In this document: positions 18,784 through 27,606 of the stretch, piece after piece
Position numbering within the stretch: position 1 is the first letter of the stretch
Layout: each line of letters opens with the position of its first letter
Assembly: GCA_044229975.1 (NCBI GenBank)
Contig: JBGARZ010000001.1
Coordinates: forward strand, 512,001 to 576,000
Length of the DNA: 64,000 nt
Source of the DNA: Polyangiales bacterium
GTDB lineage: Bacteria; Myxococcota_A; Polyangia; Polyangiales; Ga0077539
Direction: 5' to 3'
Made by a program: the position numbers and the translations under genes
The notes under the pieces: generated by a model
What the model was told of the DNA's origin: nothing
Seen by the model: the letters and a program-made list of their open reading frames with translations, nothing else
Database searches by the model: none

Positions 18784-19272
18784 TCAGTGGTGGTGGCCGC
18801 CGTGGCCGTGCACGTGGCCGTGCGCCAGCTCTTCCTCGCTCGCCTCACGCACCGACTGAACGCTCACCTCGAAGTGCAGCTCCTGCCCCGCCAGCGGATG
18901 GTTGGCGTCGAGGCTCACCTGGTCGCCCTCGATCGCGATCACCCGCAGATGCATCGGCTCGCCGCCCGGACCCACGCCCTGTAGCTCCATGCCCACGCTC
19001 GGCGTCGGGCTCTTCGGCAGGCGGGCGCGCGCGACCTTCATCACGAGCTCTTCCTGCCACTCGCCGTAGCCGTCCTCGGGCTTCACGACGACCTTCATGT
19101 TGGTGCCCGCGGTCTTGCCCTGGAGCGCGACTTCCAGGCCCGCCACGATGTTGCCGTGGCCGTGCAGGTACACCATCGGCGCGCCGCCCTGCGAGCTGTC
19201 GATCACCTTCCCCGCGCCGTCGCGGAGCGTGTAGTCGAAGGCCACCACCGATCCATTCGCAATCGTCGTCAT
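18784..19272 (-). CDS. slyD: FKBP-type peptidyl-prolyl isomerase SlyD
   Basis: 'VVAFDYTL', 'YLHGHGNIVAGLE', 'LDANHPLAGQELHFEV' and a His-rich tail 'AHGHVHGHGGHHH'. Confidence 0.92.
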   Translation of the reverse strand: MTTIANGSVVAFDYTLRDGAGKVIDSSQGGAPMVYLHGHGNIVAGLEVALQGKTAGTNMKVVVKPEDGYGEWQEELVMKVARARLPKSPTPSVGMELQGVGPGGEPMHLRVIAIEGDQVSLDANHPLAGQELHFEVSVQSVREASEEELAHGHVHGHGGHHH

Positions 19273-19470
19273 CGTCAGCTCCGTCTCCTCTCGCACCGTC
19301 ACCCGCCGCTCGGCGAGGCCGCGCAAGTTTCGGCGCAACCTGCCACCAAGCTCGCGGCGAGTCGATGCCATCGACGAGCAATCTGCCCAGAGAATTGCTG
19401 ATGGCGACAATGTAGGTGTAGTCGATCGAACAACGAGGCAGGACGACGAAGGCGCCCCGCGGGTGACCCA

Positions 19471-20400
19471 ATGGAGGGGGCGCGCGTGGAGGGGCACCGG
19501 GCCCGCGTCATGCACTCGTCCACGACGGTGCTTCCCATGAACCCTCAGGCTCCCAAAGGTCTCCGCAGCATGATGGCCCTCGTGGTCGTGGCCTCGGTCT
19601 CCGTCACGGCACATGGCGTCGCGCGAGGGCAGGATCGTCCACGCCAGCAGACGCTGACGGTTCCGCTGGTGGTGCAGCTCAACGGCACGCCGCCGGTGGT
19701 TCCCGCGGCGCCGCCGACGTCGCGCTGCCCCGATGGGATGACCCTCGCGGAGGGCGAGTACTGCACCAGCACCGATCAGCGCTGCCTGCGCTGGCTCGAC
19801 CCCGACACGCAGATGCGCTGCGCGGAGTTTGCGCCGTCGCGCTGCACCGGCCGTCGTCGGCCGCTGTCGGTGTGCATCGACCGCTACGAGTACCCCAACC
19901 AGCCGGGCGTTCGTCCGCAGGTGATGGTGAGCTGGTACGAGGCGCGCCGCGCGTGCGAGTCGCAGCACAAGCGGCTCTGCACCCAGTCGGAGTGGACCTT
20001 CGCGTGCGAGGGCCCCGACATGAACCCGTACCCCACCGGGCTGCGCCGCGACGCCGAGGCGTGCCGCATCGACCACCAGACCATCCGCCCCGACCGGCAG
20101 CGCTTGAGCAACCCCTCGACCAGCGCCGACGAGAGCGCCCGCCTCTACGAAGCCGTCCCCTCCGGCACGATGAACCGCTGCGTGTCGTGGGCGGGCGTCC
20201 ACGACATGACCGGCAACGCCGACGAGTGGACCATCAACGAGTCGGGCCGCCCGTTCCAGTCGGCGCTCAAGGGCGGCTGGTGGGGCCACATCCGCGCGCG
20301 CTGCCGCCCGTCGACCATCTCCCACAACGAGGGCTTCGTGTACTACCAGATCGGGTTTCGCTGCTGCGCCGACCCGGCCGCGTCGGCGCCGGCGCCGTGA
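19471..20400 (+). CDS. Secreted SUMF1/FGE-sulfatase-fold (EgtB/PvdO-like) domain protein
   Basis: 'CIDRYEYPN', 'VSWYEARRAC..KRLCTQSEWTFAC', 'GVHDMTGNADEW', 'KGGWW', 'IGFRCC'. Start codon uncertain. Confidence 0.8.
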   Translation: MEGARVEGHRARVMHSSTTVLPMNPQAPKGLRSMMALVVVASVSVTAHGVARGQDRPRQQTLTVPLVVQLNGTPPVVPAAPPTSRCPDGMTLAEGEYCTSTDQRCLRWLDPDTQMRCAEFAPSRCTGRRRPLSVCIDRYEYPNQPGVRPQVMVSWYEARRACESQHKRLCTQSEWTFACEGPDMNPYPTGLRRDAEACRIDHQTIRPDRQRLSNPSTSADESARLYEAVPSGTMNRCVSWAGVHDMTGNADEWTINESGRPFQSALKGGWWGHIRARCRPSTISHNEGFVYYQIGFRCCADPAASAPAP

Positions 20401-20430
20401 CGCAAGCGGCTGCGCGCCGCGACACGATTG

Positions 20431-21324
20431 TCAGTACTCGCCCCGACCCGCGATGCGGATGCGCGACGCCGACTGCGTCTCGTCCCACAGCTCCCCCTCG
20501 CGCCACGCGACCTCGCCCGTGGTGCCCCAGCCCACCTCCTTCACGGTGGTGCCTTCGATGTTCATCCAGAGCAGGCCGCCGTCCGAGCGCGTCGCCTGGT
20601 CGAGGCACGCCACCCGCGTCGTCGCCCCGTTGTCCCAGTACAGCGTCGCCGCGTGCGGAACATGGATGTGCCCGCACAGCACCCAGGTCGGCCGCAGCCG
20701 CGTGACCAGCAGCGCCGCGTAGGGGTTGCCCACCTGCGGCCAGTGCGCGCGACGGATGCCCCGCGCACCCACCACCGCGACGGCGCTCTCGGTCCCGGCG
20801 ATGCCCCGCGGCCACTCGTGCATCAAAAGCAGGTCGGCGCGATCGACCGCACACGCCGCGTCGACATCGTCCTTGCGGAAGTACCCCGCCTGCTTGTTGG
20901 TCTCTGCGTTGGACGCCGGAACCCTCGGCCGAAGGTACCGCGTCGGCGCGTAGATGCCCGACAGGAAGCCCACCCGCAGCCCGTCGATGACCCGCGACCC
21001 CGCGCGGCCCAGGTAGTGGACCCCGGGCGCGAGCGTTCCGCCGTCGGGCATCACGTCGAGCTCTTCGAAGCTCTCGTTGTTGCCGCCCACGAAATAGAAC
21101 GGCCGCGCCATCTGCCGCTCGCCCGTCGCGTACGCCGAAAACTCCGCGGGCATGTTGCGCTTGGTCGCCTTGCGCCGGTGATCGTCGGGCGTCGAGAAGG
21201 TCTCCACATCGCCGACACACAACACCGAGGACACACGCTCGCCCCGCGCCTGCTCCAGCGCGTCCACCCACTCCTCGACCCGGAAGAACCTTCCGTGCAC
21301 ATCTCCGACCACGGCCACGAGCAT
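20431..21324 (-). CDS. Calcineurin-like metallophosphoesterase resembling RNA lariat debranching enzyme Dbr1
   Basis: Motifs GDVHG, CVGDV, FVGGNNE, LMHEWP, CGHIH, plus Dbr1-like 'GGTLAPGVHYLGRAG..GLRVGFLSGIY'. Confidence 0.8.
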   Translation of the reverse strand: MLVAVVGDVHGRFFRVEEWVDALEQARGERVSSVLCVGDVETFSTPDDHRRKATKRNMPAEFSAYATGERQMARPFYFVGGNNESFEELDVMPDGGTLAPGVHYLGRAGSRVIDGLRVGFLSGIYAPTRYLRPRVPASNAETNKQAGYFRKDDVDAACAVDRADLLLMHEWPRGIAGTESAVAVVGARGIRRAHWPQVGNPYAALLVTRLRPTWVLCGHIHVPHAATLYWDNGATTRVACLDQATRSDGGLLWMNIEGTTVKEVGWGTTGEVAWREGELWDETQSASRIRIAGRGEY

Positions 21325-21449
21325 CGCGTCTGGCGGAGCCTACCCCAGTCCCGCCCCTGAAGGGTGCCTGACAGGCAATGTCCCGTTCTTCGGGCTTCTG
21401 AAGGGGTTTTGTGGGGTTGCGGACTTCCTGCCGCGCACCGATCAGGGTC

Positions 21450-22064
21450 TCAGCGGTAGCGGGCGAGGGTCTCGACGAAGCGTGCCTCGGCCACGTCGAG
21501 CCACGCCGCCGGGGCCTCGGCCAGGGTCGCCGCGAGGGCCTCGCTCCAACGCTCCAGGATGGACGCGCCGGGTGACTCACCCGCGGAGCGCACGGGCAGC
21601 CCGATGGCCTCGACGATGTCCTGGGCGCGCTCGGTCTCGAGCAGACGGAGGGCGTTGCGCAGGGCGGCGCGCACCCGCTCGGCCTCGATCTCGGAGAAGA
21701 CCGGGTCGGCCGGCTGACGGTGCGCCGCGAAGTACCGGCGCAGCAGCAGACCCGCGCCGTAGGTGCGGTAGACGTTGGCGACGGCGTCGGCGGCGCGACC
21801 CCCGGGGACGAAGCGCTCGATCACCCAACGAACGCCCTGCGTGACGTTGCCGCGGATGGTCGCGGTCTCCTCGATGTCCACCAGGATGCGGCGCGCCCCG
21901 GTGGTGAGCACCACGCCGTAGCTGCGCGCGAGGCGGTCGACCATGGCCGCGCGGAGGGTTCGCACCACGGGGGTGTCGACCATGGGCGGCAGCCCCAGTC
22001 GCGCGGCCCCCGCGAGGAGGCCGTACATCGCCAGCACCGAGTCGCTCTGGGCTCGTTCGCTCAT
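21450..22064 (-). CDS. Hypothetical helical protein
   Basis: Coding-like composition, fills the gap, and has a TACGGT box 8 nt before ATG. No motif recognised. Confidence 0.6.
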   Translation of the reverse strand: MSERAQSDSVLAMYGLLAGAARLGLPPMVDTPVVRTLRAAMVDRLARSYGVVLTTGARRILVDIEETATIRGNVTQGVRWVIERFVPGGRAADAVANVYRTYGAGLLLRRYFAAHRQPADPVFSEIEAERVRAALRNALRLLETERAQDIVEAIGLPVRSAGESPGASILERWSEALAATLAEAPAAWLDVAEARFVETLARYR

Positions 22065-22133
22065 GGGGCGACACCGTACCGGAGCGAAGGGCGCCCTGGA
22101 AGCCGTGACCCGCAACCGTTACCGTCGCGCGCC

Positions 22134-23495
22134 ATGAGCCTGCCGCCCGGCCCGACGAGCCCTACCCCCTGGATGCTGGTGCGCTGGATGCGAACGCCCT
22201 TCGAGGTCATGGAGGAGTGCCGCACACGCTACGGCGAGACCTTCCTGCTGCGCCTCGGAGCGCTGCCGCCGTTGGTGATCCTGTCCAACCCCGACCATGT
22301 GAGGGAGGTGTTCGCGAGCGCGGGCGACGACATGCACGGCGGCGAGATCGGCAGCGGCCTCAAGCCCTTCCTCGGCGAGCGCTCGGTCATCGTCCTCGAC
22401 GGTCAGCCCCACCGCGCGATGCGCAAGCTGGTGATGCCGCCCTTCCACGGCGAGCGCATGCACGCCTACGGGCAGCAGATGGTGGAGCTCACCCACGCCT
22501 CCATCGACGCGTGGCCCGTCGGCAAGACCTTCGCCGCGCACGAGCCGCTCCAGCAGATCACCCTCGACGTCATCCTGCGCACGGTGTTTGGCGTCGACGA
22601 CGCGGCCGCCCGCAAGCAGCTCGGCGACCGCCTCACGCGGCTCATGGACATCGCCTCGTGGCCGCCGCTGCTCATCCCGCAGGTGCAGCGCGACCTCGGG
22701 CCGTGGAGCCCGTGGGGCCGCTACCTGCGCGAGTCCAAGGTGGCCGACGACTCGCTCCTCGCCGAGATCGCGCGACGACGACGCGAAGGCACCGAGGGGC
22801 GAACGGACATCCTGTCGATGTTTCTCGGGGCACGCGACGAGGAGGGCAACGGGCTCGACGACCATGCCCTGCGCGACCAGCTCGTGACGCTGCTCGTCGC
22901 CGGTCACGAGACCACCGCCACCGCCCTCGCGTGGACCCTCCGCTGGGTGCTCGCCCTCCCCGCCGTGCGCGCGAAGCTGCTCGCCGAACTCCACGCCGCC
23001 GAGCGCAAGGGGCCGCTCACCCCCGAGCGCATCGCGAAGCTCGAATACCTCGACGCCACCGTGCGCGAGGCCCTGCGGATGCAGCCCGTCATCCCGCTGG
23101 TGGGGCGCATCCTCCAGCAGCCCATGCGCTTCGCGGGCTACGACCTCCCCGCGGGCGTCGGCCTCGCGCCGTCGGTCTACCTCCTCCACCAGAACCCCAG
23201 CCTCTACGACCACCCCACGCGCTTCGAACCCGAGCGCTTCATCGGCCGGCAATACAAGGCCCACGAGTGGATCCCCTTCGGTGGGGGCATCCGTAAGTGC
23301 ATCGGGATGGCCTTCGCCATCTACGAGATGAAGATGGTGCTCGCGACCATGCTGTCGCGCGTCTGGCTGCGCGTCGCGCCCGGGTACTCACCGCGCGCCG
23401 TGCGACGCAGCATCACGCTCACGCCCTCCGAGGGCATGCCCGTCATCGCCGACGCCGTGCTCCCGCGCGGCGCCCCCATCGTCGCCGCCGCTTGA
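22134..23495 (+). CDS. Cytochrome P450
   Basis: 'LPPGP' start, I-helix 'LLVAGHETT', ExxR 'EALR', 'FEPERF', heme motif 'PFGGGIRKCIG'. Confidence 0.95.
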   Translation: MSLPPGPTSPTPWMLVRWMRTPFEVMEECRTRYGETFLLRLGALPPLVILSNPDHVREVFASAGDDMHGGEIGSGLKPFLGERSVIVLDGQPHRAMRKLVMPPFHGERMHAYGQQMVELTHASIDAWPVGKTFAAHEPLQQITLDVILRTVFGVDDAAARKQLGDRLTRLMDIASWPPLLIPQVQRDLGPWSPWGRYLRESKVADDSLLAEIARRRREGTEGRTDILSMFLGARDEEGNGLDDHALRDQLVTLLVAGHETTATALAWTLRWVLALPAVRAKLLAELHAAERKGPLTPERIAKLEYLDATVREALRMQPVIPLVGRILQQPMRFAGYDLPAGVGLAPSVYLLHQNPSLYDHPTRFEPERFIGRQYKAHEWIPFGGGIRKCIGMAFAIYEMKMVLATMLSRVWLRVAPGYSPRAVRRSITLTPSEGMPVIADAVLPRGAPIVAAA

Positions 23496-23506
23496 CCCGT
23501 CGACCC

Positions 23507-24751
23507 GTGCGACGCGTCCTCCTCTTCGTCGGCCTCGCGCTCGCCTGCCGCCGACCGCGCCCTGCGCCTGTCACGCCGCCGCCCGTGGTGACGGAGGTCG
23601 ACGCCGGGCCGCCGCCCATCGTGCTGGAGACGCCGCCGCCCGCCGCGCCGCCGCGGATGTTTCGCTTCGACGCGAGGCACACCGGGCGCAGCGGGTACCG
23701 CCTCCCGCGACGGCCGCAGATCGTCGCCCACTTCGCGACGCGCGCGCGCATCACGTCGCAGCCGGTGGTGAGCTCGCGCGGGGCGGTGGTGGTGACCTCC
23801 CACGACGGCGTGGTGTACGGGCTCGCGCGCGACGGCTCGCTGACCTGGCAGGTGAACACCGGCGACCGCGTCTACACGACGCCGCTCGTTCGCGATGACG
23901 GCACCATGGTGCTCGGCACCGACGCCGACCGGGTGGTGGTGCTCGGCCCCAACGGGACGCTCCAGCTCGCGCTCGGAACCACCGACGACGCCGACACCTC
24001 ACCGGCCGCTGCGGCGGATGGGTCGCTGCGCTTCGGGGCGGGACACTCGCTCTACGCGACAGAGGCCGACCTCACGGTGCGATGGCGGCTCGACCTCGGT
24101 GGAAAGGTGTTTTCGTCGCCCGCGGTGACCGCGGATGGCGTCGCGGTGATGGGCTCGCAGGACGACCGCGTGCGCGCGATCGACCCGGACGGGGGCGTTC
24201 GGTGGACGCTCGCGACGGGTGACGACGTGGACGCGCCGCCCGCGATCGGCGACGACGGGACGGTGTACGTGGGCGGCGACGACGGGGCGCTGCGGGCCAT
24301 CGCGGCTGACGGCACCGAGCGGTGGCAGCGACGGCTCGGCGGCTATGTGCGCGCGGGCGTGGCGCTGGGCCTGGACGGATCGCTGGTGGTGGGCACCTAC
24401 GGTCCGCGGGCGCAGGTGGTGGCCGTCGACCGGGCGACGGGTGAGGAGCGCTGGCATCGGGCGGTGCCGGGTCCGCCGACGCGGGACTACGGCGTGGCGT
24501 CGAGCGCGCTGGTGGACGTCCATGGGTCGTACGCGGTGGGCGTACCCGACGACGCGCTGTGGTTTCTCGGGCGGGACGGTGGGTTGCTCGCGCGGGTGAC
24601 GCTGCCCGCGGATGTCGACAGCAGCCCCGCCCTCATCGACGACGGAATTCTGGTGGTGGGCTGCGATGATGGGGTGGTGTATTTCATCGGGGACGGTCCC
24701 GCGGCCGATGGCGGATCAGGCGCGCAAACACCACGAGGGGACGACCGATGA
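23507..24751 (+). CDS. PQQ-like beta-propeller repeat lipoprotein
   Basis: GTG start, lipobox 'LALAC', repeats such as 'SSPAV..DGxxVxGSxDxxVxAxDxDGxxRW'. Confidence 0.8.
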   Translation: MRRVLLFVGLALACRRPRPAPVTPPPVVTEVDAGPPPIVLETPPPAAPPRMFRFDARHTGRSGYRLPRRPQIVAHFATRARITSQPVVSSRGAVVVTSHDGVVYGLARDGSLTWQVNTGDRVYTTPLVRDDGTMVLGTDADRVVVLGPNGTLQLALGTTDDADTSPAAAADGSLRFGAGHSLYATEADLTVRWRLDLGGKVFSSPAVTADGVAVMGSQDDRVRAIDPDGGVRWTLATGDDVDAPPAIGDDGTVYVGGDDGALRAIAADGTERWQRRLGGYVRAGVALGLDGSLVVGTYGPRAQVVAVDRATGEERWHRAVPGPPTRDYGVASSALVDVHGSYAVGVPDDALWFLGRDGGLLARVTLPADVDSSPALIDDGILVVGCDDGVVYFIGDGPAADGGSGAQTPRGDDR

Positions 24752-26025
24752 GTGACACGACCACCGAGCGCGAATGGAACCGCACCCGAGGCAGCGCGCC
24801 CAACGTCCTGGCGATGGTGCTGGCGGGCGGCGAGGGGCGACGGCTGTCGCCGTTGACGTTGGAGCGCGCGAAGCCCGCGGTGCCCTTCGGCGGGCGCTAC
24901 CGGATCATCGACGTGGTGCTCTCCAACCTGGTCAACTCCAACATCTCCCGCATCAAGGTGCTGACCCAGTACAAGTCGGCGTCGCTGGAGGAGCACATCG
25001 CGCGGGCGTGGCGGCTGTCGCCCATCCTCGACGGCTTCATCGAGACCATCCCGGCGCAGCAGCGCACGGGGCTGTCGTGGTTCAAGGGCAGCGCCGACGC
25101 GGTGTGGCAGTGCTTCAACGCCATCGAAGACGCCAACCCCGACTTCGTGGCGATCTTCGGCGGCGACCACATCTACAAGATGGACGTTCGGCCGATGCTC
25201 GATCGGCACTTCGACACGCACGCCGACCTCACCGTCGCGGGCATCCCGGTGCCCACCGCCGACGCGCTCGGCTTCGGGGTGCTCCAGGTCGACGAGGAGG
25301 GCCGCGTCATCGACTTCGTGGAGAAGTCGCGCAACCCGCCAGAGATTCCTGGGCGCCCTGGTTGGGTGCTCGCCTCGATGGGCAACTACATCTTCACGAC
25401 GGGGGTGCTCGCCGAGGAGCTCCAGCGCGACTCGCAGGAGGAGGACAGCGCCCACGACTTCGGCAAGAGCATCCTGCCAGCGATGGTCCAGTCGGGGCGG
25501 CGGGTGATGCTCTTCGACTACGGCACCAACGAGATTCCCGGCGAGGGCCCCACCACCTACTGGCGCGATATCGGGACCATCCAGGCGTACTTCGACGCGC
25601 ACATGGACCTCGTGGAGATCAAGCCGGAGTTCAACCTCTACAACCGGCGCTGGCCCATTCGCACGGGGATGAGCTTCGACCCGCCGGCGAAGTTCGTGTT
25701 CAGCGACCAGACGACGGCGCGCGTGGGGAGCGCGACGGACTCGCTGGTGAGCGACGGGTGCATCATCTCCGGCGGGCTCATCCACCGCGCGGTGCTCTCG
25801 GCGGGCGTGCGGGTCAACTCCTTCTCCCACGTCGAGCAGTGCGTGCTGCTGGAGCGCGTGCAGGTGGGCCGCCACGCGCGGCTGCGGCGGGTCATCGTCG
25901 ACAAGGACGTGGAGATCCCCGCCGGGATGCAGATCGGCTTCGACCTCGAAGAAGACCGCAAGCGCTTCACCGTCACCGACGAGGGCCTCGTGGTCATCCC
26001 GAAGCGCGCCCGCCTCACGGGCTGA
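24748..26025 (+). CDS. glgC: Glucose-1-phosphate adenylyltransferase
   Basis: 'VLAGGEGRRLSPLT..RAKPAVPFGGRYRIID', 'GDHIYKMD', 'FVEK', 'ASMGNYIF', 'DFGKSILP', 'YWRDIGT'. Confidence 0.96.
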   Translation: MSDTTTEREWNRTRGSAPNVLAMVLAGGEGRRLSPLTLERAKPAVPFGGRYRIIDVVLSNLVNSNISRIKVLTQYKSASLEEHIARAWRLSPILDGFIETIPAQQRTGLSWFKGSADAVWQCFNAIEDANPDFVAIFGGDHIYKMDVRPMLDRHFDTHADLTVAGIPVPTADALGFGVLQVDEEGRVIDFVEKSRNPPEIPGRPGWVLASMGNYIFTTGVLAEELQRDSQEEDSAHDFGKSILPAMVQSGRRVMLFDYGTNEIPGEGPTTYWRDIGTIQAYFDAHMDLVEIKPEFNLYNRRWPIRTGMSFDPPAKFVFSDQTTARVGSATDSLVSDGCIISGGLIHRAVLSAGVRVNSFSHVEQCVLLERVQVGRHARLRRVIVDKDVEIPAGMQIGFDLEEDRKRFTVTDEGLVVIPKRARLTG

Positions 26026-26057
26026 CCTCCCTCCTCCGACTGGTCTACGATCGCCCG

Positions 26058-26779
26058 ATGGTGGCGGGCGCGACCGATTTCCAATTGCTCTTCGAGGCGT
26101 CCCCGGACGTGCTGCTGGTGCTCCTGCCAGACGCGCCCCGCTACACGATGGTGGCCGCGACCCGGGCCCGTCTCGCAGCCACCGGGACGACCCTCGAAGA
26201 GACCATCGGCCGCGGGCTCTTCGAGGCCTTCCCGGACAACCCCGACGACCCCGAGGCCACCGGCACGGCCAACCTCCGCGCCTCGCTCGACCGCGCCGTC
26301 GCGACGCGCGCCCCCGACACGATGGCGGTGCAGAAGTACGACATCCGCGGCGCCGACGGCGCCTTCGCGGTGAAGTACTGGAGCCCCAAGAACATCCCGG
26401 TGCTCTCACCCAACGGCGACGTGATGTACCTCCTGCACCGGGTCGAGGACGTCACCGAGCTGGTGCGCGCGAGCGACGAGGGCGAGGTGCTGCGCGACCG
26501 CACGCGCGCCATGGAGGGCGAGGTCATCGCCCGCAGCCGCGAGCTGTCGAACGCCGTGCGCGAACTCCGCGACGCCAACGCGAAGCTGGGCGAGCTCGAC
26601 GCGGCGAAGACGGCGTTCTTCAGCAACGTGAGCCACGAGTTTCGTACGGCGCCCACGTCTCGGTCGAGAGCGCCATTGGCCACGGGACCACCTTTCGCGT
26701 CGCCCTCCTCCGCGGATACGCGCACCTCCCGCCCGAGTTCACGCTCCCCGCCGTCACGCCTTCCGCGCCACCAGTCTGA
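26058..26779 (+). pseudogene. PAS-domain sensor histidine kinase with internal deletion and frameshift
   Basis: Frame 1 from 26058 encodes a PAS domain and H-box 'AKTAFFSNVSHEFRT', ending at 26648. A second frame from 26648 gives the HATPase end 'GAHVSVESAIGHGTTFRVALLRGYAHLP' and stops at 26777-26779. The N, G1, F and G2 boxes are missing. Confidence 0.8.
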
Positions 26780-27578
26780 ACAGCGGCGCCACGCTCACCC
26801 GCACCGCGCCCCACCGCCTCGCGGCGCCACGCAACCACGGCGCCCTTGGCACCCGCGCATCCCACCAACGCTCGGCGTCGTCGCGGGCGCTGTCGATGAC
26901 CGTGAGCCCGTCGCGCGCGAGCCAGCGCTCGACCACTCCCCCGACCGGCAGCACGCCCACCTCGTAGCGGGGAAAGCCTCGCACGCGCGTCACATAGAGC
27001 TCGCCCAGCCAGTGGGGCAGCACGCTCACCCCGGCGAGCTGGTAGTGCGGGTCGCTCCGCAGCAGCGACGGCGACAACCGATTGGGGCCGAAGAGATAGA
27101 GGGTCCCGCCGGGGCGCAGCACGCGGGCGATCTCGCGCACGGCGGCGCGGGCGTCGGCGACGTGCTCGATGACGTCGACGAAGGTGACCACGTCGAAGCT
27201 CGCGTCCGCGAAGGGCAGGCGCTCGGCGACCGCCACCGCGAAGGTCGGCGCCACGCCGTGACCGCGCGCCCTGATGCGCGCCCCCTCGATGAGCTTCTCG
27301 TCGACGTCGACGCCCGTCACGGCCGCGCCGCGCTTGCACAGCGCGATGGGCAGCGACCCGGCCTGGCAGCCGACGTCGAGCACCCGTCGTCCGCGCAGGG
27401 ACACGAAGCCGTCCACCTCGGCGGCGATGCCCTCGTTGCGGGCGATCTGCGAGCGCTCCATCGCGGCCCAGCGCTCGCGCTGCGGGTCGGCCGGGTCGAG
27501 CAGCGCACGCTCCCAGTACCGGATGAACGCGTCGTCGGGACCGTCCCCCGCGCGGGCTTCGGCGTCATTGTCGGGCAT
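26754..27578 (-). CDS. Class I SAM-dependent methyltransferase
   Basis: Motif I 'RVLDVGCQAG', 'GVDVD', 'AERLPFADASFDVV..DVIEHV', 'RVLRPGG'. Confidence 0.88.
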   Translation of the reverse strand: MPDNDAEARAGDGPDDAFIRYWERALLDPADPQRERWAAMERSQIARNEGIAAEVDGFVSLRGRRVLDVGCQAGSLPIALCKRGAAVTGVDVDEKLIEGARIRARGHGVAPTFAVAVAERLPFADASFDVVTFVDVIEHVADARAAVREIARVLRPGGTLYLFGPNRLSPSLLRSDPHYQLAGVSVLPHWLGELYVTRVRGFPRYEVGVLPVGGVVERWLARDGLTVIDSARDDAERWWDARVPRAPWLRGAARRWGAVRVSVAPLFRLVARKA

Positions 27579-27606
27579 GGGGCGCTTACGGTACACGGTC
27601 GGCATC

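Noticed and set aside
18784..20325. 513-aa extended SlyD from the ORF track
   Set aside because: The extension is antisense to the SUMF1-like gene; SlyD homology begins at ATG 19272. Similar over-extended starts were trimmed for infB, aroKB, P450, OmpA and the glycosyltransferases.
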